A stretch of DNA of 64,000 nt from a virus (lineage: Duplodnaviria > Caudoviricetes). Below the pieces are notes generated by a model. It was given only the letters and a program-made list of their open reading frames with translations, was not told the origin of the DNA and did no database searches. The position numbers were made by a program, and so were the translations under genes. The DNA lies in the IMG/VR virus record IMGVR_UViG_3300014204_000114, positions 1 through 64,000 of that record; one strand, given 5' to 3'. The stretch's first letter is position 1. Each line of letters opens with the position of its first letter. Below, in pieces: positions 40,889 through 49,648 of this stretch.

Positions 40889-41107
40889 TTAAGGCATTAT
40901 AAATAAGTTGCCGCCAATAAGCATAACCTGAGAGGTTCCCTGATGCTCCGCTCCCAATCCTATTAAAAGAAGTTGGCAACCGGTCAGTATCCCTAAAGCT
41001 AATACCAAAGAAACCATAAGATAACTTTCTGTTTCCTTATACGCGTATATGCTTAAGTAAATCGTTATAGCGGCGACAAAAAACGCTACTATCATACATA
41101 GTAACAT
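40889..41107 (-). CDS. Small two-TM membrane protein
   Basis: Two hydrophobic segments. Confidence 0.6.
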   Translation of the reverse strand: MLLCMIVAFFVAAITIYLSIYAYKETESYLMVSLVLALGILTGCQLLLIGLGAEHQGTSQVMLIGGNLFIMP

Positions 41108-41409
41108 TATTCACCCATCGAAGGTAAAACTGGGCCTAATTCGGAATCTATATTATCTTCAAATCTAGTCATACCGTTCCAACCTCTTATTTCAACTTTA
41201 GACCTGCCGTTTCCTTTCATCTCAAAGAGGTTCCCACCCGAGTCATATTTACGGATTACGCCAAAGTCAGCATGGATCTCGACGTTCTCCAGAATATATT
41301 CTACAGGCTTATATTCCTTACCAGCCTCTTCGAAAGCCTTACGCATAGAATCCGAGTCAATCGTAATCTTAACTTTATCGTAGCTACTTACCTTACCTAT
41401 TTTCTTCAA
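41107..41409 (-). CDS. Hypothetical protein
   Basis: In operon. Confidence 0.6.
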   Translation of the reverse strand: MKKIGKVSSYDKVKITIDSDSMRKAFEEAGKEYKPVEYILENVEIHADFGVIRKYDSGGNLFEMKGNGRSKVEIRGWNGMTRFEDNIDSELGPVLPSMGE

Positions 41410-41758
41410 CTTCCTCTCCTTTTACTAATAAATTAATACCGTCTCTTAATACTTCTTTTGTAGAATAAGGACCAAAGTCCCTAGCTAAATCGCAAACACC
41501 TAAAAAGAATTCATATTCGCAGACGGGGCATTTTACTACTTTTCCTACTATGTATTGCTCTCCCAAGAACCCCATTTGAAAGAAATCTTTGATTTCGTGG
41601 TCGCCGAAGTATTTACATTTGGGGCAATACGCATTTAACTTTGCGTTTACAACCGGCGTTACGAATAACTCTGTCCCTGGCCTCATTACTAGTACCCTCG
41701 AATTCTTTTGCTCTTCCGTTACTTTAACTATGGGAGGATATTCTCTTCTTTTACGCAA
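41393..41758 (-). CDS. Zn-ribbon protein
   Basis: CPKC...H...CPVC. Confidence 0.6.
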   Translation of the reverse strand: MRKRREYPPIVKVTEEQKNSRVLVMRPGTELFVTPVVNAKLNAYCPKCKYFGDHEIKDFFQMGFLGEQYIVGKVVKCPVCEYEFFLGVCDLARDFGPYSTKEVLRDGINLLVKGEEVEENR

Positions 41759-42137
41759 AAGCCGAAATTCCTTTATAGACGTTCTTAATTAAATTCTCAA
41801 TTACATCCTCGTTACACAAAATTCCAACAACTATCTTATTATCGAAACTTTTGAAATAATCAAGAGGGAGAACATGCTTATGCGAGATTTTTACGGGCTT
41901 TAAGGAATCGACATTAAATACGGTAAAGAATACTACGTCGTCAATTCCATCCCCGTCCTTGAAATTCACATTGATGTCTTCGAGCCAAAAATCAAAATTT
42001 CCGCAGATAGCATCATCCTTAAACGACATATTTAGATTAAAACAGTCTCCCTTATCTTCAATAATATAAGAGGTAATTGTCTTTCCATCTACGAAAATCC
42101 CATTCTTACATTTCTTCTCTACTAAAACTTTTTCCAT
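41751..42137 (-). CDS. Hypothetical protein (start revised to ATG 42137)
   Basis: AAGGAG RBS before MEKVLV; the upstream extension in the track is occupied by a promoter. Confidence 0.65.
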   Translation of the reverse strand: MEKVLVEKKCKNGIFVDGKTITSYIIEDKGDCFNLNMSFKDDAICGNFDFWLEDINVNFKDGDGIDDVVFFTVFNVDSLKPVKISHKHVLPLDYFKSFDNKIVVGILCNEDVIENLIKNVYKGISAFA

Positions 42138-42155
42138 TCCATCTCCTTGTTTTGT

Positions 42156-42185
42156 ATTATAGCAAAATCGAACCCGTTCTGTCAA
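42156..42185 (-). promoter_or_regulatory. Consensus sigma70 promoter TTGACA-18-TATAAT (extended -10)
   Basis: ttgaca gaacgggttcgattttgc tataat on the minus strand. Confidence 0.75.
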
Positions 42186-42508
42186 TCATTTTTTATAAAC
42201 TCGAACAATTCTTTTAGTTCGCTTTTAGGTTTTGTTCCCACGGATACTTTTCGAATCTCCCCGCGTTTAAAGTAAATTAAGGTAGGGATTCCTTTAATTC
42301 CATATCTTCCAGTTATACTTCCTTCCTCATCATTGTCTATATTGAATTTTAGAACGTATGCGTCGGGGTAACTTTCTTTAATTAATTCTTCTAAAACTGC
42401 AGAAAGAGCCTTGCACGGCTGGCACCAATCGGCATAAAAGTCCACTAAGACTTTCTGCCCTTCCATAACGAACTCTTCCCAATTATGCGATTTAATTTCT
42501 ACCATCAT
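42182..42508 (-). CDS. trxA: Thioredoxin
   Basis: VDFYADWCQPC; GIPTL. Confidence 0.92.
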   Translation of the reverse strand: MMVEIKSHNWEEFVMEGQKVLVDFYADWCQPCKALSAVLEELIKESYPDAYVLKFNIDNDEEGSITGRYGIKGIPTLIYFKRGEIRKVSVGTKPKSELKELFEFIKND

Positions 42509-42513
42509 TCTCC

Positions 42514-42942
42514 TTAAAACTCCATAAAAGGCGGAGTCTCGATTACTATTACTTTATCACAATGCATTGAGGCTAGCAATAGATCGATATCAGAGTTGTA
42601 GAAATCGCAGTCGTCAAAAATTATAGTATCATAGCTTCTGCCACGCAATACATCTTCTAAAAACGCCATCGAAGAAATGGAAGTTTGGCACACCTGCTTA
42701 AATCCCCATAACTTTTGACGTATAGCATCTATTTGTTTAGCTAAAAGATCTCTAGAGGACGAATTTCTCGTAATTACAAGAATGTTCTTTTGTTTTAATG
42801 CGTCGTCGAATAATAAGTTAACTATAGTATTTGTCTTCCCGCATCTTCGGGGGAGAGCATAATACTGAAAACGAGTGTTCGCTTTCATATTGGAAATTAG
42901 GCTTAATTGAAACTTACTCAAGCTCTTTACTATTTTCTTCAT
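42514..42942 (-). CDS. Stand-alone terminase-type ATPase fragment
   Basis: LSKFQ, LPRRCGKT, LRGRSYDTIIFDD; only 142 aa. Confidence 0.55.
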   Translation of the reverse strand: MKKIVKSLSKFQLSLISNMKANTRFQYYALPRRCGKTNTIVNLLFDDALKQKNILVITRNSSSRDLLAKQIDAIRQKLWGFKQVCQTSISSMAFLEDVLRGRSYDTIIFDDCDFYNSDIDLLLASMHCDKVIVIETPPFMEF

Positions 42943-43412
42943 TTTCCCTCCTTTATGCCTACTAGTATTTCTATAGAATCAGAAAGATAGTTACTAATAG
43001 AACCCGAATCAAGTATTTCTCCCCAAGGGCCTTCTGGATTTTTTAGCTCTGATATATTATTTCCTGACGCCATCCATTTAAAATTGTCCTTAGAACACCA
43101 TTCCAGAGAGTCTATAATCTTATTATCTCTATAAAGGTCCAACATCTCGTCGTATACTAAAATTTGAATAGAGGGGCAATGACACCATCTCCATACGTTC
43201 ATTGCCGAATTTCCTATCACAGGATGATCGTCCGGGTGATCTGTTTTCTTTCTTAAATGAGCTATGTCTCTTTGGACGTTGTACTTTCTCCCTTCGTTTG
43301 ATTCATGATCTATAGGATCATCCATCCACGAACACTCAAATTCGCCTCCGTATAATTGAGCGAACTTCTTACATAGTTTGTCTTTTAATTCTTCTCTTTG
43401 TTCGTTAGTCAT
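42939..43412 (-). CDS. Hypothetical protein
   Basis: In operon, RBS. Confidence 0.65.
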   Translation of the reverse strand: MTNEQREELKDKLCKKFAQLYGGEFECSWMDDPIDHESNEGRKYNVQRDIAHLRKKTDHPDDHPVIGNSAMNVWRWCHCPSIQILVYDEMLDLYRDNKIIDSLEWCSKDNFKWMASGNNISELKNPEGPWGEILDSGSISNYLSDSIEILVGIKEGK

Positions 43413-43681
43413 TTTTCCTCCTTTAAGGCTTTTAGTATTCTTTCAAGATCTTCTATACAGTCTTCTAAAGTATTCCCATATGCATTCAGAATGCTTATGT
43501 ATTTTGGCTCGACTGTTAATTTAAGATCTATGTTTTTTGTATTAAAGTAGTAATGTTCTTTAACTATTTGGATTTCATCCACTACTACTCCATGCTCTTT
43601 TTTTATGTAGGTGTTCCCGGGAATTGTTTCGCTCACGGAACGTGATAAGCCACTTTGTTTTAATTGGTGTACGTTAAGCAT
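43409..43681 (-). CDS. Hypothetical protein
   Basis: In operon. Confidence 0.6.
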   Translation of the reverse strand: MLNVHQLKQSGLSRSVSETIPGNTYIKKEHGVVVDEIQIVKEHYYFNTKNIDLKLTVEPKYISILNAYGNTLEDCIEDLERILKALKEEK

Positions 43682-43682
43682 T

Positions 43683-44366
43683 TTATTCTCCTAATTTTAT
43701 GATATCGAAATACATTACTCTGAAATCTCCGAAATCTACATCGTCATGAAAGTGTCCACAATACCATTTTTTGAACTTGTAATTTAACCTTACATCTTCG
43801 AGCATTAGTTCTGTTTCGTCCTCTATTAAATGCATATTCATTTTATCACGGAACCTTTTAGAGAAGGATCTTGGGAGGGTATGAGTTAATATATAATCAA
43901 CGTTTTTGTCTTTTTGATCCAGCGCTTTTTTAAGTTCCTTTTTATTAGGTTTTTCCTGCGGCCACCAGCTTAAACCCTCTATCCTTGCGCTTCTGTCTAT
44001 TGATTGGGCGCCTCCGAAAGTTAGGATTTTATTACCATCTATATTGTAGACTTCTCCCCTTAGAAGGTGGTAGATCGAATCGTTGACCTTACCTACTTTT
44101 CCTCCAAACCTATCTTCCTTGGTTAATTTGGCTAACCTTGCGTGATTCTCATGGTTCCCATCCAGAAATAAAGTAGTGAAAGGACAGGCCCTATAAAACT
44201 CTCTTATTTCCATTTCGGCCTTATCCTGACTTCTTGACCAAATTAAACCAAAGTCCCCAAGGACTATTAAGTAATCGTACTTAGTTAAATGCTCATGGGA
44301 TTTAGCGAATTCGACAACTTTCTTAAGGTCAATCGTATAATGAGTATCACCTGTTAAATAGATCAC
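43683..44366 (-). CDS. Calcineurin-like metallophosphoesterase
   Basis: GDTH, LGDFG, DGNHE, THT, CGHFH. Confidence 0.9.
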   Translation of the reverse strand: MIYLTGDTHYTIDLKKVVEFAKSHEHLTKYDYLIVLGDFGLIWSRSQDKAEMEIREFYRACPFTTLFLDGNHENHARLAKLTKEDRFGGKVGKVNDSIYHLLRGEVYNIDGNKILTFGGAQSIDRSARIEGLSWWPQEKPNKKELKKALDQKDKNVDYILTHTLPRSFSKRFRDKMNMHLIEDETELMLEDVRLNYKFKKWYCGHFHDDVDFGDFRVMYFDIIKLGE

Positions 44367-44670
44367 TAAGCCATTCCTTTATTATTTGCCAAAAGGTTAA
44401 GTCTTCTTTTGAATCATACCAAAAACAGTCATGATTAGCATTAGCTATTAAGGGATTCAAGGGCTCCATGTCAACCCTTATATAATCACGTTTATCTTTT
44501 GAGATCTGCTCTGGCACTTCGAAATATTTTCTCTTCGAATAAACTCTATTTGCGTCGCATGGATAAGCCCAGCCGCCTTCTTTTTTAAAGTCCGCCGGCA
44601 TACTGTTATTAGCCCATATTTCCATAGCTTTCGAATCATGATGATTACAATTTATACAATACTTTTTCAT
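44347..44670 (-). CDS. Cys-rich family A protein
   Basis: YCINCNH...NANHDCFWY...WQIIKEW. Confidence 0.7.
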   Translation of the reverse strand: MKKYCINCNHHDSKAMEIWANNSMPADFKKEGGWAYPCDANRVYSKRKYFEVPEQISKDKRDYIRVDMEPLNPLIANANHDCFWYDSKEDLTFWQIIKEWLSDLFNR

Positions 44671-44966
44671 TCAAACCATCCTTTTATTTTTTGCCACAAA
44701 CTTCTGTCGTCATAATACTCACAATTATTATTTCTATTCTGCGTAAAAGGATCCAATGAGGCAAGACGCCCTTCTAACAACAAAGGTTTGTCGAGAATCT
44801 GCATAGGCACCGAAATCTCTTCCTCGTACCATATTAATTTTTTGCATAAGTGAGTAGGTGAGGAAAGTTTACCCCACGAACCCCTCAGAGATTGTTGATA
44901 TTCAAATATGGCATCCCGGAGATCTTTCTTGTTAAAGTGATTACAATTTATACAGTACCTTTTCAT
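44667..44966 (-). CDS. Cys-rich family A protein
   Basis: YCINCNH...NRNNNCEYY...WQKIKGW. Confidence 0.7.
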   Translation of the reverse strand: MKRYCINCNHFNKKDLRDAIFEYQQSLRGSWGKLSSPTHLCKKLIWYEEEISVPMQILDKPLLLEGRLASLDPFTQNRNNNCEYYDDRSLWQKIKGWFE

Positions 44967-45211
44967 TCTTCTCCCTCTAATTTAATCACCATTTTTTGAG
45001 AAATAAAACGGACCGGGGCAAATGTTTTCTCCAAGGTTATATTGACTAAGTCATTATCTTTCTCATCTACTTCGGCTTTAGTTATAACCCAGCCATCATT
45101 TACTTCGCGTCCTACTAATTTAGAAGCAAAACTCTTGCTATCTATCGATTCGGACAATGGACTTTCCGCTATTTTTCTTACTAATTCTTCTACTCTTTTT
45201 ACTGTTTCCAT
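44963..45211 (-). CDS. Small protein, possibly sheath-C-terminus-like
   Basis: D-x-x-D-x-D-x-V-x-I...PVRFI pattern. Confidence 0.55.
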   Translation of the reverse strand: METVKRVEELVRKIAESPLSESIDSKSFASKLVGREVNDGWVITKAEVDEKDNDLVNITLEKTFAPVRFISQKMVIKLEGEE

Positions 45212-45862
45212 TTACGTACCTAAAGCAAAGCTTAAATTAATCTTTCTAGTCCGGGTCTGTACGGCCAAATCAAGTTGATACTTATATGGATCAGTTTGAG
45301 AAAATCTTGCGTTTTGTACGACGGCATAATCTTCCGCACATTCAAACGGCTGTTGGAGAAGCGCGTTCACAAGTTCCATTTGATCAAAAGATTGATTTCT
45401 AAATCTCTCCAGGAAAATACGTATATTGTACTCTAATTCTCTGACGTCATAATCCCAGTTCTCCGCGACGTCATAGTCGTAATTACAACTGCCGATATAA
45501 GCCAAGTCTCTATTTCGTTCCTGTAAAAACTCTCTTCTCTGATATGCGGTAGAGTATGTGTTTGCGTAAACGCCCGGATGATAATTATAATTCGTAGGAG
45601 GAATGAACCTTAGAGCTTGTGTCATATCCGAATCTACTAATCTTTGAACTAGATCCAAAGGAATATTCAAATGTGATTCATTTAATACTACTTTCTTTTC
45701 ATGTTTGTCGCATAAGCCATTTTTGATAACGCGCTCATATTTTTTATGTTCCGCACATTTTGAATTGACAAACCACCTACAATTCCCACACTTCCTTGCT
45801 TTAGGACATTTGTTTTTGGTTATCCTAAACGAATTAATACCTACTCCTACATTACCTTCCAT
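45212..45862 (-). CDS. Cys-rich family B protein
   Basis: SFRITKNKCPKARKCGNC...GLCD. Confidence 0.7.
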   Translation of the reverse strand: MEGNVGVGINSFRITKNKCPKARKCGNCRWFVNSKCAEHKKYERVIKNGLCDKHEKKVVLNESHLNIPLDLVQRLVDSDMTQALRFIPPTNYNYHPGVYANTYSTAYQRREFLQERNRDLAYIGSCNYDYDVAENWDYDVRELEYNIRIFLERFRNQSFDQMELVNALLQQPFECAEDYAVVQNARFSQTDPYKYQLDLAVQTRTRKINLSFALGT

Positions 45863-45864
45863 AC

Positions 45865-46524
45865 TTACCTCTTTCTATTATCAAGTAATATAGCCCAGCA
45901 CTCTTCCCTTCTATGATATAACTTACAACTCGTAAAAGGCTCACCTTCGGGTCTAAATTCGTTACATTTAAGGGTCTCATATACCACGTCGCCATAAAGC
46001 TTTTCCGAGAAATCGACATCTGCCTTCCGCATAAAAGACCTGGGGCACATATTAATTATCTCTTTAGGAGCTACTTTTTCCTTAAATTCAACCTTCCCTT
46101 CATAAAGGATTCTTGTCACTAAGACATTCTCGTCTATAGTACAGGCAAATACGAAAGCCAAAACACCCTCCTGCTTTTCCCCGTATTTATTATAGACGTC
46201 GACGTCCAGAGGGTTAGTACCCTTGAAAGGAATAGATAAGAATACTTCGGACTTGTCCTTAAACGCATCGATTGTAATTTTTAAGGCGTCAAGGTCTCCG
46301 GAACCCATAAGAATCGGAGGACCCAAATATTCAACGTAAACCTGGTCCGGGTTATCTCCAAAAACAGTCAACTCGTGGATATTCTCGACTTCTCTACCTT
46401 TCGAATCCAGAACTTTAGTAACGTAATCCGAATCCCCATCAATTATAATATTCCCATCTTCGTCCGGTTCGGGCCTCTCTCCTTCCCAACATACTGTAAA
46501 TAATGTTTTTGCTTCGTTTATCAT
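45865..46524 (-). CDS. Hypothetical protein
   Basis: AAGGAG RBS; in operon. Confidence 0.65.
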   Translation of the reverse strand: MINEAKTLFTVCWEGERPEPDEDGNIIIDGDSDYVTKVLDSKGREVENIHELTVFGDNPDQVYVEYLGPPILMGSGDLDALKITIDAFKDKSEVFLSIPFKGTNPLDVDVYNKYGEKQEGVLAFVFACTIDENVLVTRILYEGKVEFKEKVAPKEIINMCPRSFMRKADVDFSEKLYGDVVYETLKCNEFRPEGEPFTSCKLYHRREECWAILLDNRKR

Positions 46525-46525
46525 C

Positions 46526-47107
46526 TTATTCTCCTTTTTTAACTCGTTTTTTCTTTAGATAATCCGAAATAGGATCGTTCCCAAATATAGTATCTATACA
46601 GCCCTCTATCCTGCTAAGAGCAGCTATTTCATCCCATCCCGCTTCGGCTATTACGTTCCTTAACTTAATAAGAATACTTGAACATTCTCTTACTTGTCTA
46701 GGATCATCATAGTGAGAATATATTACCGCCGCGTATATTAGAGCACTCGCAATTTCGGCCCCTATACTACGAAACACATAATCCGCATACCTTTTAGGGT
46801 CTCCTTCAGGGACTATACAAAGAGGAGGAAGTTTTATTTTATTCGCGAACATTACTATGTCTTTGACTGTATCTTCGGAGATCGGGAGCTCGCGATGACA
46901 TTGGAACCTCAAAGACGAGTATAGATATTCAAGTTTCCCGAAGTCTTCCATTTTATAACACAAGGCCCAGAATGGTTCTATCGCGTCAAGATTAAATTTT
47001 AATGCGCGCTTGGCTAATAACCTCCCCTTTCCTTCTTTTACGTACCAATCAATATTAAAATTAGTAAAAACTCCAATCGCATCATCAAATATTTCGTTGT
47101 TGTCCAT
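46526..47107 (-). CDS. Hypothetical protein
   Basis: AAGGAG RBS. Confidence 0.65.
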   Translation of the reverse strand: MDNNEIFDDAIGVFTNFNIDWYVKEGKGRLLAKRALKFNLDAIEPFWALCYKMEDFGKLEYLYSSLRFQCHRELPISEDTVKDIVMFANKIKLPPLCIVPEGDPKRYADYVFRSIGAEIASALIYAAVIYSHYDDPRQVRECSSILIKLRNVIAEAGWDEIAALSRIEGCIDTIFGNDPISDYLKKKRVKKGE

Positions 47108-47109
47108 TT

Positions 47110-47343
47110 TTATTCTCCTTTAAATATATCTTTAATTTTTTGCCAAAGTGTTTTTATAGGTTCGTAATGCACGCAATTGTTAAGCATGTTATGTCTGTCG
47201 GGTTTTGCGTAAAGAGGTTTCTTCTCTCTAGGCGTGTCGTAGGATCCAAGAATAAAATCGCAGTGATCCGGTATATGGCCTAAAAACATATAAAGATTCT
47301 TTCCGTATTTACAGTTTTCGCAATAAACTTTATCTTCCATCAT
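47110..47343 (-). CDS. Cys-rich family A protein
   Basis: YCENCKY...NMLNNCVHY...WQKIKD. Confidence 0.7.
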   Translation of the reverse strand: MMEDKVYCENCKYGKNLYMFLGHIPDHCDFILGSYDTPREKKPLYAKPDRHNMLNNCVHYEPIKTLWQKIKDIFKGE

Positions 47344-47656
47344 CCACCCTTAATGTTGTTGTATGTTCATGTCTGTCTTGGTTTATCCACGTTACTTGAA
47401 AAGTAGCCGGTGCCCCTATGAGCATTCCGTCGTTTACGAATTGATTCATTTGGGCTTTTAGAAGGTCCAGAGGTTGACTTCTTACCCATTCGTCGCACAA
47501 ACCATCCAGGCAGGTATACTCAAAACTAAACTTTCTGCATCTTGACCAAGACTCTATACGGTTCTCTATAAAATAACAGTTCGAACACTTTCTGGCCTTC
47601 TTGCACTTATTTTGGGTTATTCTAAAAGATGGATTTCCTTGCATTACTTCTCCCAT
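47330..47656 (-). CDS. Cys-rich family B protein
   Basis: SFRITQNKCKKARKCSNC...GLCD. Confidence 0.7.
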   Translation of the reverse strand: MGEVMQGNPSFRITQNKCKKARKCSNCYFIENRIESWSRCRKFSFEYTCLDGLCDEWVRSQPLDLLKAQMNQFVNDGMLIGAPATFQVTWINQDRHEHTTTLRVDDGR

Positions 47657-47922
47657 TCGCAGTCTTCTGCCATAAATGTTATCTCTTCTCCGTTTGAGAA
47701 AATTATCACTACAGGAGTGTGTATATTCTGATAAATTTGAGGCTTATAATAGGTTATTTCTTTTCCATTTAATTTGCATACCGCCTTCTCGGGATTATAT
47801 ATCTTTACTACAGGATGCACGGATTCGCCTCTTATTCCAATTTTGGCGCCCATCGCATAAAGAGAGATTACGACGAAAGCAACGCAAAAAAGTATCAATA
47901 ATAAAGCTTTAGTATTGGTCAT
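47644..47922 (-). CDS. Small N-terminally anchored membrane protein
   Basis: Hydrophobic N-terminus. Confidence 0.6.
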   Translation of the reverse strand: MTNTKALLLILFCVAFVVISLYAMGAKIGIRGESVHPVVKIYNPEKAVCKLNGKEITYYKPQIYQNIHTPVVIIFSNGEEITFMAEDCEWEK

Positions 47923-47931
47923 ATCCCACCA

Positions 47932-48165
47932 TTACTTTTCTCCTAATAATGCTAAATAGACAGATCCTGTCAGAGAGTAGACTAAGGTTGCAATCCCGGC
48001 GGTTATTCCTATACAGCTAACGAATTGAATATGATCAGCTCCCAAAACCTCCACAACATATAATTCGTGAATACTGTAGAAACCAATACTACCAGCAAGA
48101 AGGAAAATGAAGTAAATAATAACCCGCGCCCACCAGCTAAAATATCTCGCATCTTCTAATACCAT
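47932..48165 (-). CDS. Small two-TM membrane protein
   Basis: AAGGAG RBS; first gene after the promoter. Confidence 0.65.
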   Translation of the reverse strand: MVLEDARYFSWWARVIIYFIFLLAGSIGFYSIHELYVVEVLGADHIQFVSCIGITAGIATLVYSLTGSVYLALLGEK

Positions 48166-48203
48166 TACGTTCTCCTTTTCTATTACATTTTCTAACTAAG
48201 CTT

Positions 48204-48232
48204 ATTATACAGATCTAAAATTAGGAAGTCAA
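48204..48232 (-). promoter_or_regulatory. sigma70 promoter TTGACT-17-TATAAT driving the minus arm
   Basis: ttgact tcctaattttagatctg tataat. Confidence 0.8.
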
Positions 48233-48390
48233 CAGAAAAATGATCGCCAATACGAAAAATAGTTACTTTCTTCAAAAAACTGTTATAAAGGGCGATTTTG
48301 GTAAAAATTTTTATAAAAATTAGTAATATAAAAAGAGGATGGAAGATATTATAGAAAAGATGCAATCAAGAGGATTTATTAAATATATTT

Positions 48391-48529
48391 TATTTATAAA
48401 ACTTATAGAGGTGTTTTTAGAACATATTTCTAGATGCGAAGAATATTGAAGTAAAGATGCAATTTGAAAAGTAAATAAAAAATATTTATAAAACTTTAAG
48501 GGTGGAAAATAGGAAACATTTCTAGATGC
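48391..48529. repeat. Imperfect ~47-bp direct repeat, 92-bp offset, at the strand-switch region
   Basis: TATTTATAAAACTT at 48391/48483 and ATTTCTAGATGC at 48426/48518. Confidence 0.7.
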
Positions 48530-48622
48530 CACCTAGTAGATATAAATAAAGTAAATTAAAAACGTTTCGAGCCCACGGGTAGTCTGTGAGTAAGAAAATG
48601 TTTAAATACAAGGAGATAGAAT

Positions 48623-48808
48623 ATGAAGACAATAGCTTTCCAAATCGTAAAGAAACAATCAAATGGTCAGATGATCGAGATGTCATGGTACAAATGTAAT
48701 CTAAACGAGAAAAGATGCAGTGCTGATGATGCTTCTATATTTGTAAGGAATATAGTTAGAGCATTCGAAGATGCAGGCTTCTATGCTAGAATAGACTGGA
48801 ACGCATAG
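48623..48808 (+). CDS. Small early protein
   Basis: AAGGAG RBS; terminator after. Confidence 0.7.
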   Translation: MKTIAFQIVKKQSNGQMIEMSWYKCNLNEKRCSADDASIFVRNIVRAFEDAGFYARIDWNA

Positions 48809-48822
48809 TAGTATGTACTGAT

Positions 48823-48859
48823 AGAGCATAGTGTAGAAATACACTGTGCTCTTTTTTTT
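48823..48859 (+). terminator. Intrinsic terminator
   Basis: agagcatagtgt/acactgtgctct + T8. Confidence 0.85.
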
Positions 48860-48937
48860 ATTGATAAGTAATAGTATATGCATGCACTAATACGCAGTGT
48901 AAGTGTGCGTGTGTATACATAACTAGCATAGGAGGAA

Positions 48938-49156
48938 ATGATTATGCTAGTACTGCATGTGTTCTTAATGTTAATGGTGATATCTATCGATGCTATGTTT
49001 ATAGCAATAACGATAGATGAGTACTTAAATGATGTAGTAGATACGAATGTATTTGCTACTACATTCAATAAGCTAGTGGTAGTACATGGTACACATGGCT
49101 ACGTATTAAATAAACATGGCTTTAGAAAGAACTACAGATGGATAGATGATATCTAA
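48938..49156 (+). CDS. Small early membrane protein
   Basis: AGGAGG RBS; hydrophobic N-terminus. Confidence 0.65.
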   Translation: MIMLVLHVFLMLMVISIDAMFIAITIDEYLNDVVDTNVFATTFNKLVVVHGTHGYVLNKHGFRKNYRWIDDI

Positions 49157-49179
49157 CATCTAGTAGTACATGTATGTAC

Positions 49180-49211
49180 AGGGTAGGCTAGTGATAGCCT
49201 GCCCTTTTTTT
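49180..49211 (+). terminator. Intrinsic terminator
   Basis: gggtaggcta/tagcctgccc + T7. Confidence 0.85.
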
Positions 49212-49303
49212 ATTTATGATGTATGCGATAGTGCATACACACATACAGTACGTGCATGTAGTACGTAGCATGTATGCATATAACAGCATAGCTATAGGAG
49301 GAA

Positions 49304-49537
49304 ATGATTATGGCATATGCAACACTGTTAGAAGAAGAGGTAGTAGTGGTAGCAGAGGCTACTGATCTACTAGATGAAGGGCCTAAGTTCAGGACCTTTA
49401 GAAAGGCAGTACAAGAGTACTGTCAAAACATGTGTATACTTACACATACATGCATGGAGATGCTGTATGAGAAGTATGCAGCAGAGGGGCTGAAGCCAGG
49501 ATTAATGGACATTCTGGTTGATCCTTTTGGTAAGTAG
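49304..49537 (+). CDS. Small acidic early protein
   Basis: AGGAGG RBS. Confidence 0.7.
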   Translation: MIMAYATLLEEEVVVVAEATDLLDEGPKFRTFRKAVQEYCQNMCILTHTCMEMLYEKYAAEGLKPGLMDILVDPFGK

Positions 49538-49549
49538 AGTCTAGTACTT

Positions 49550-49585
49550 AGGGGTATGCCTGTATAGGGGCATGCCCCTTTTTTT
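49550..49585 (+). terminator. Intrinsic terminator
   Basis: ggggtatgcc/ggcatgcccc + T7. Confidence 0.85.
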
Positions 49586-49648
49586 ATTTGATGATTACCA
49601 ATTATGGTAGTTATTATGATGCGGGGAGACCCGCGGAAAGGACCGATT

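Noticed and set aside
511-47912. Many plus-strand ORFs in the track (e.g. 11960-12859, 18756-19304, 31905-32618, 37676-38152)
   Set aside because: Antisense shadows of well-supported minus-strand genes; no RBS or recognisable motifs
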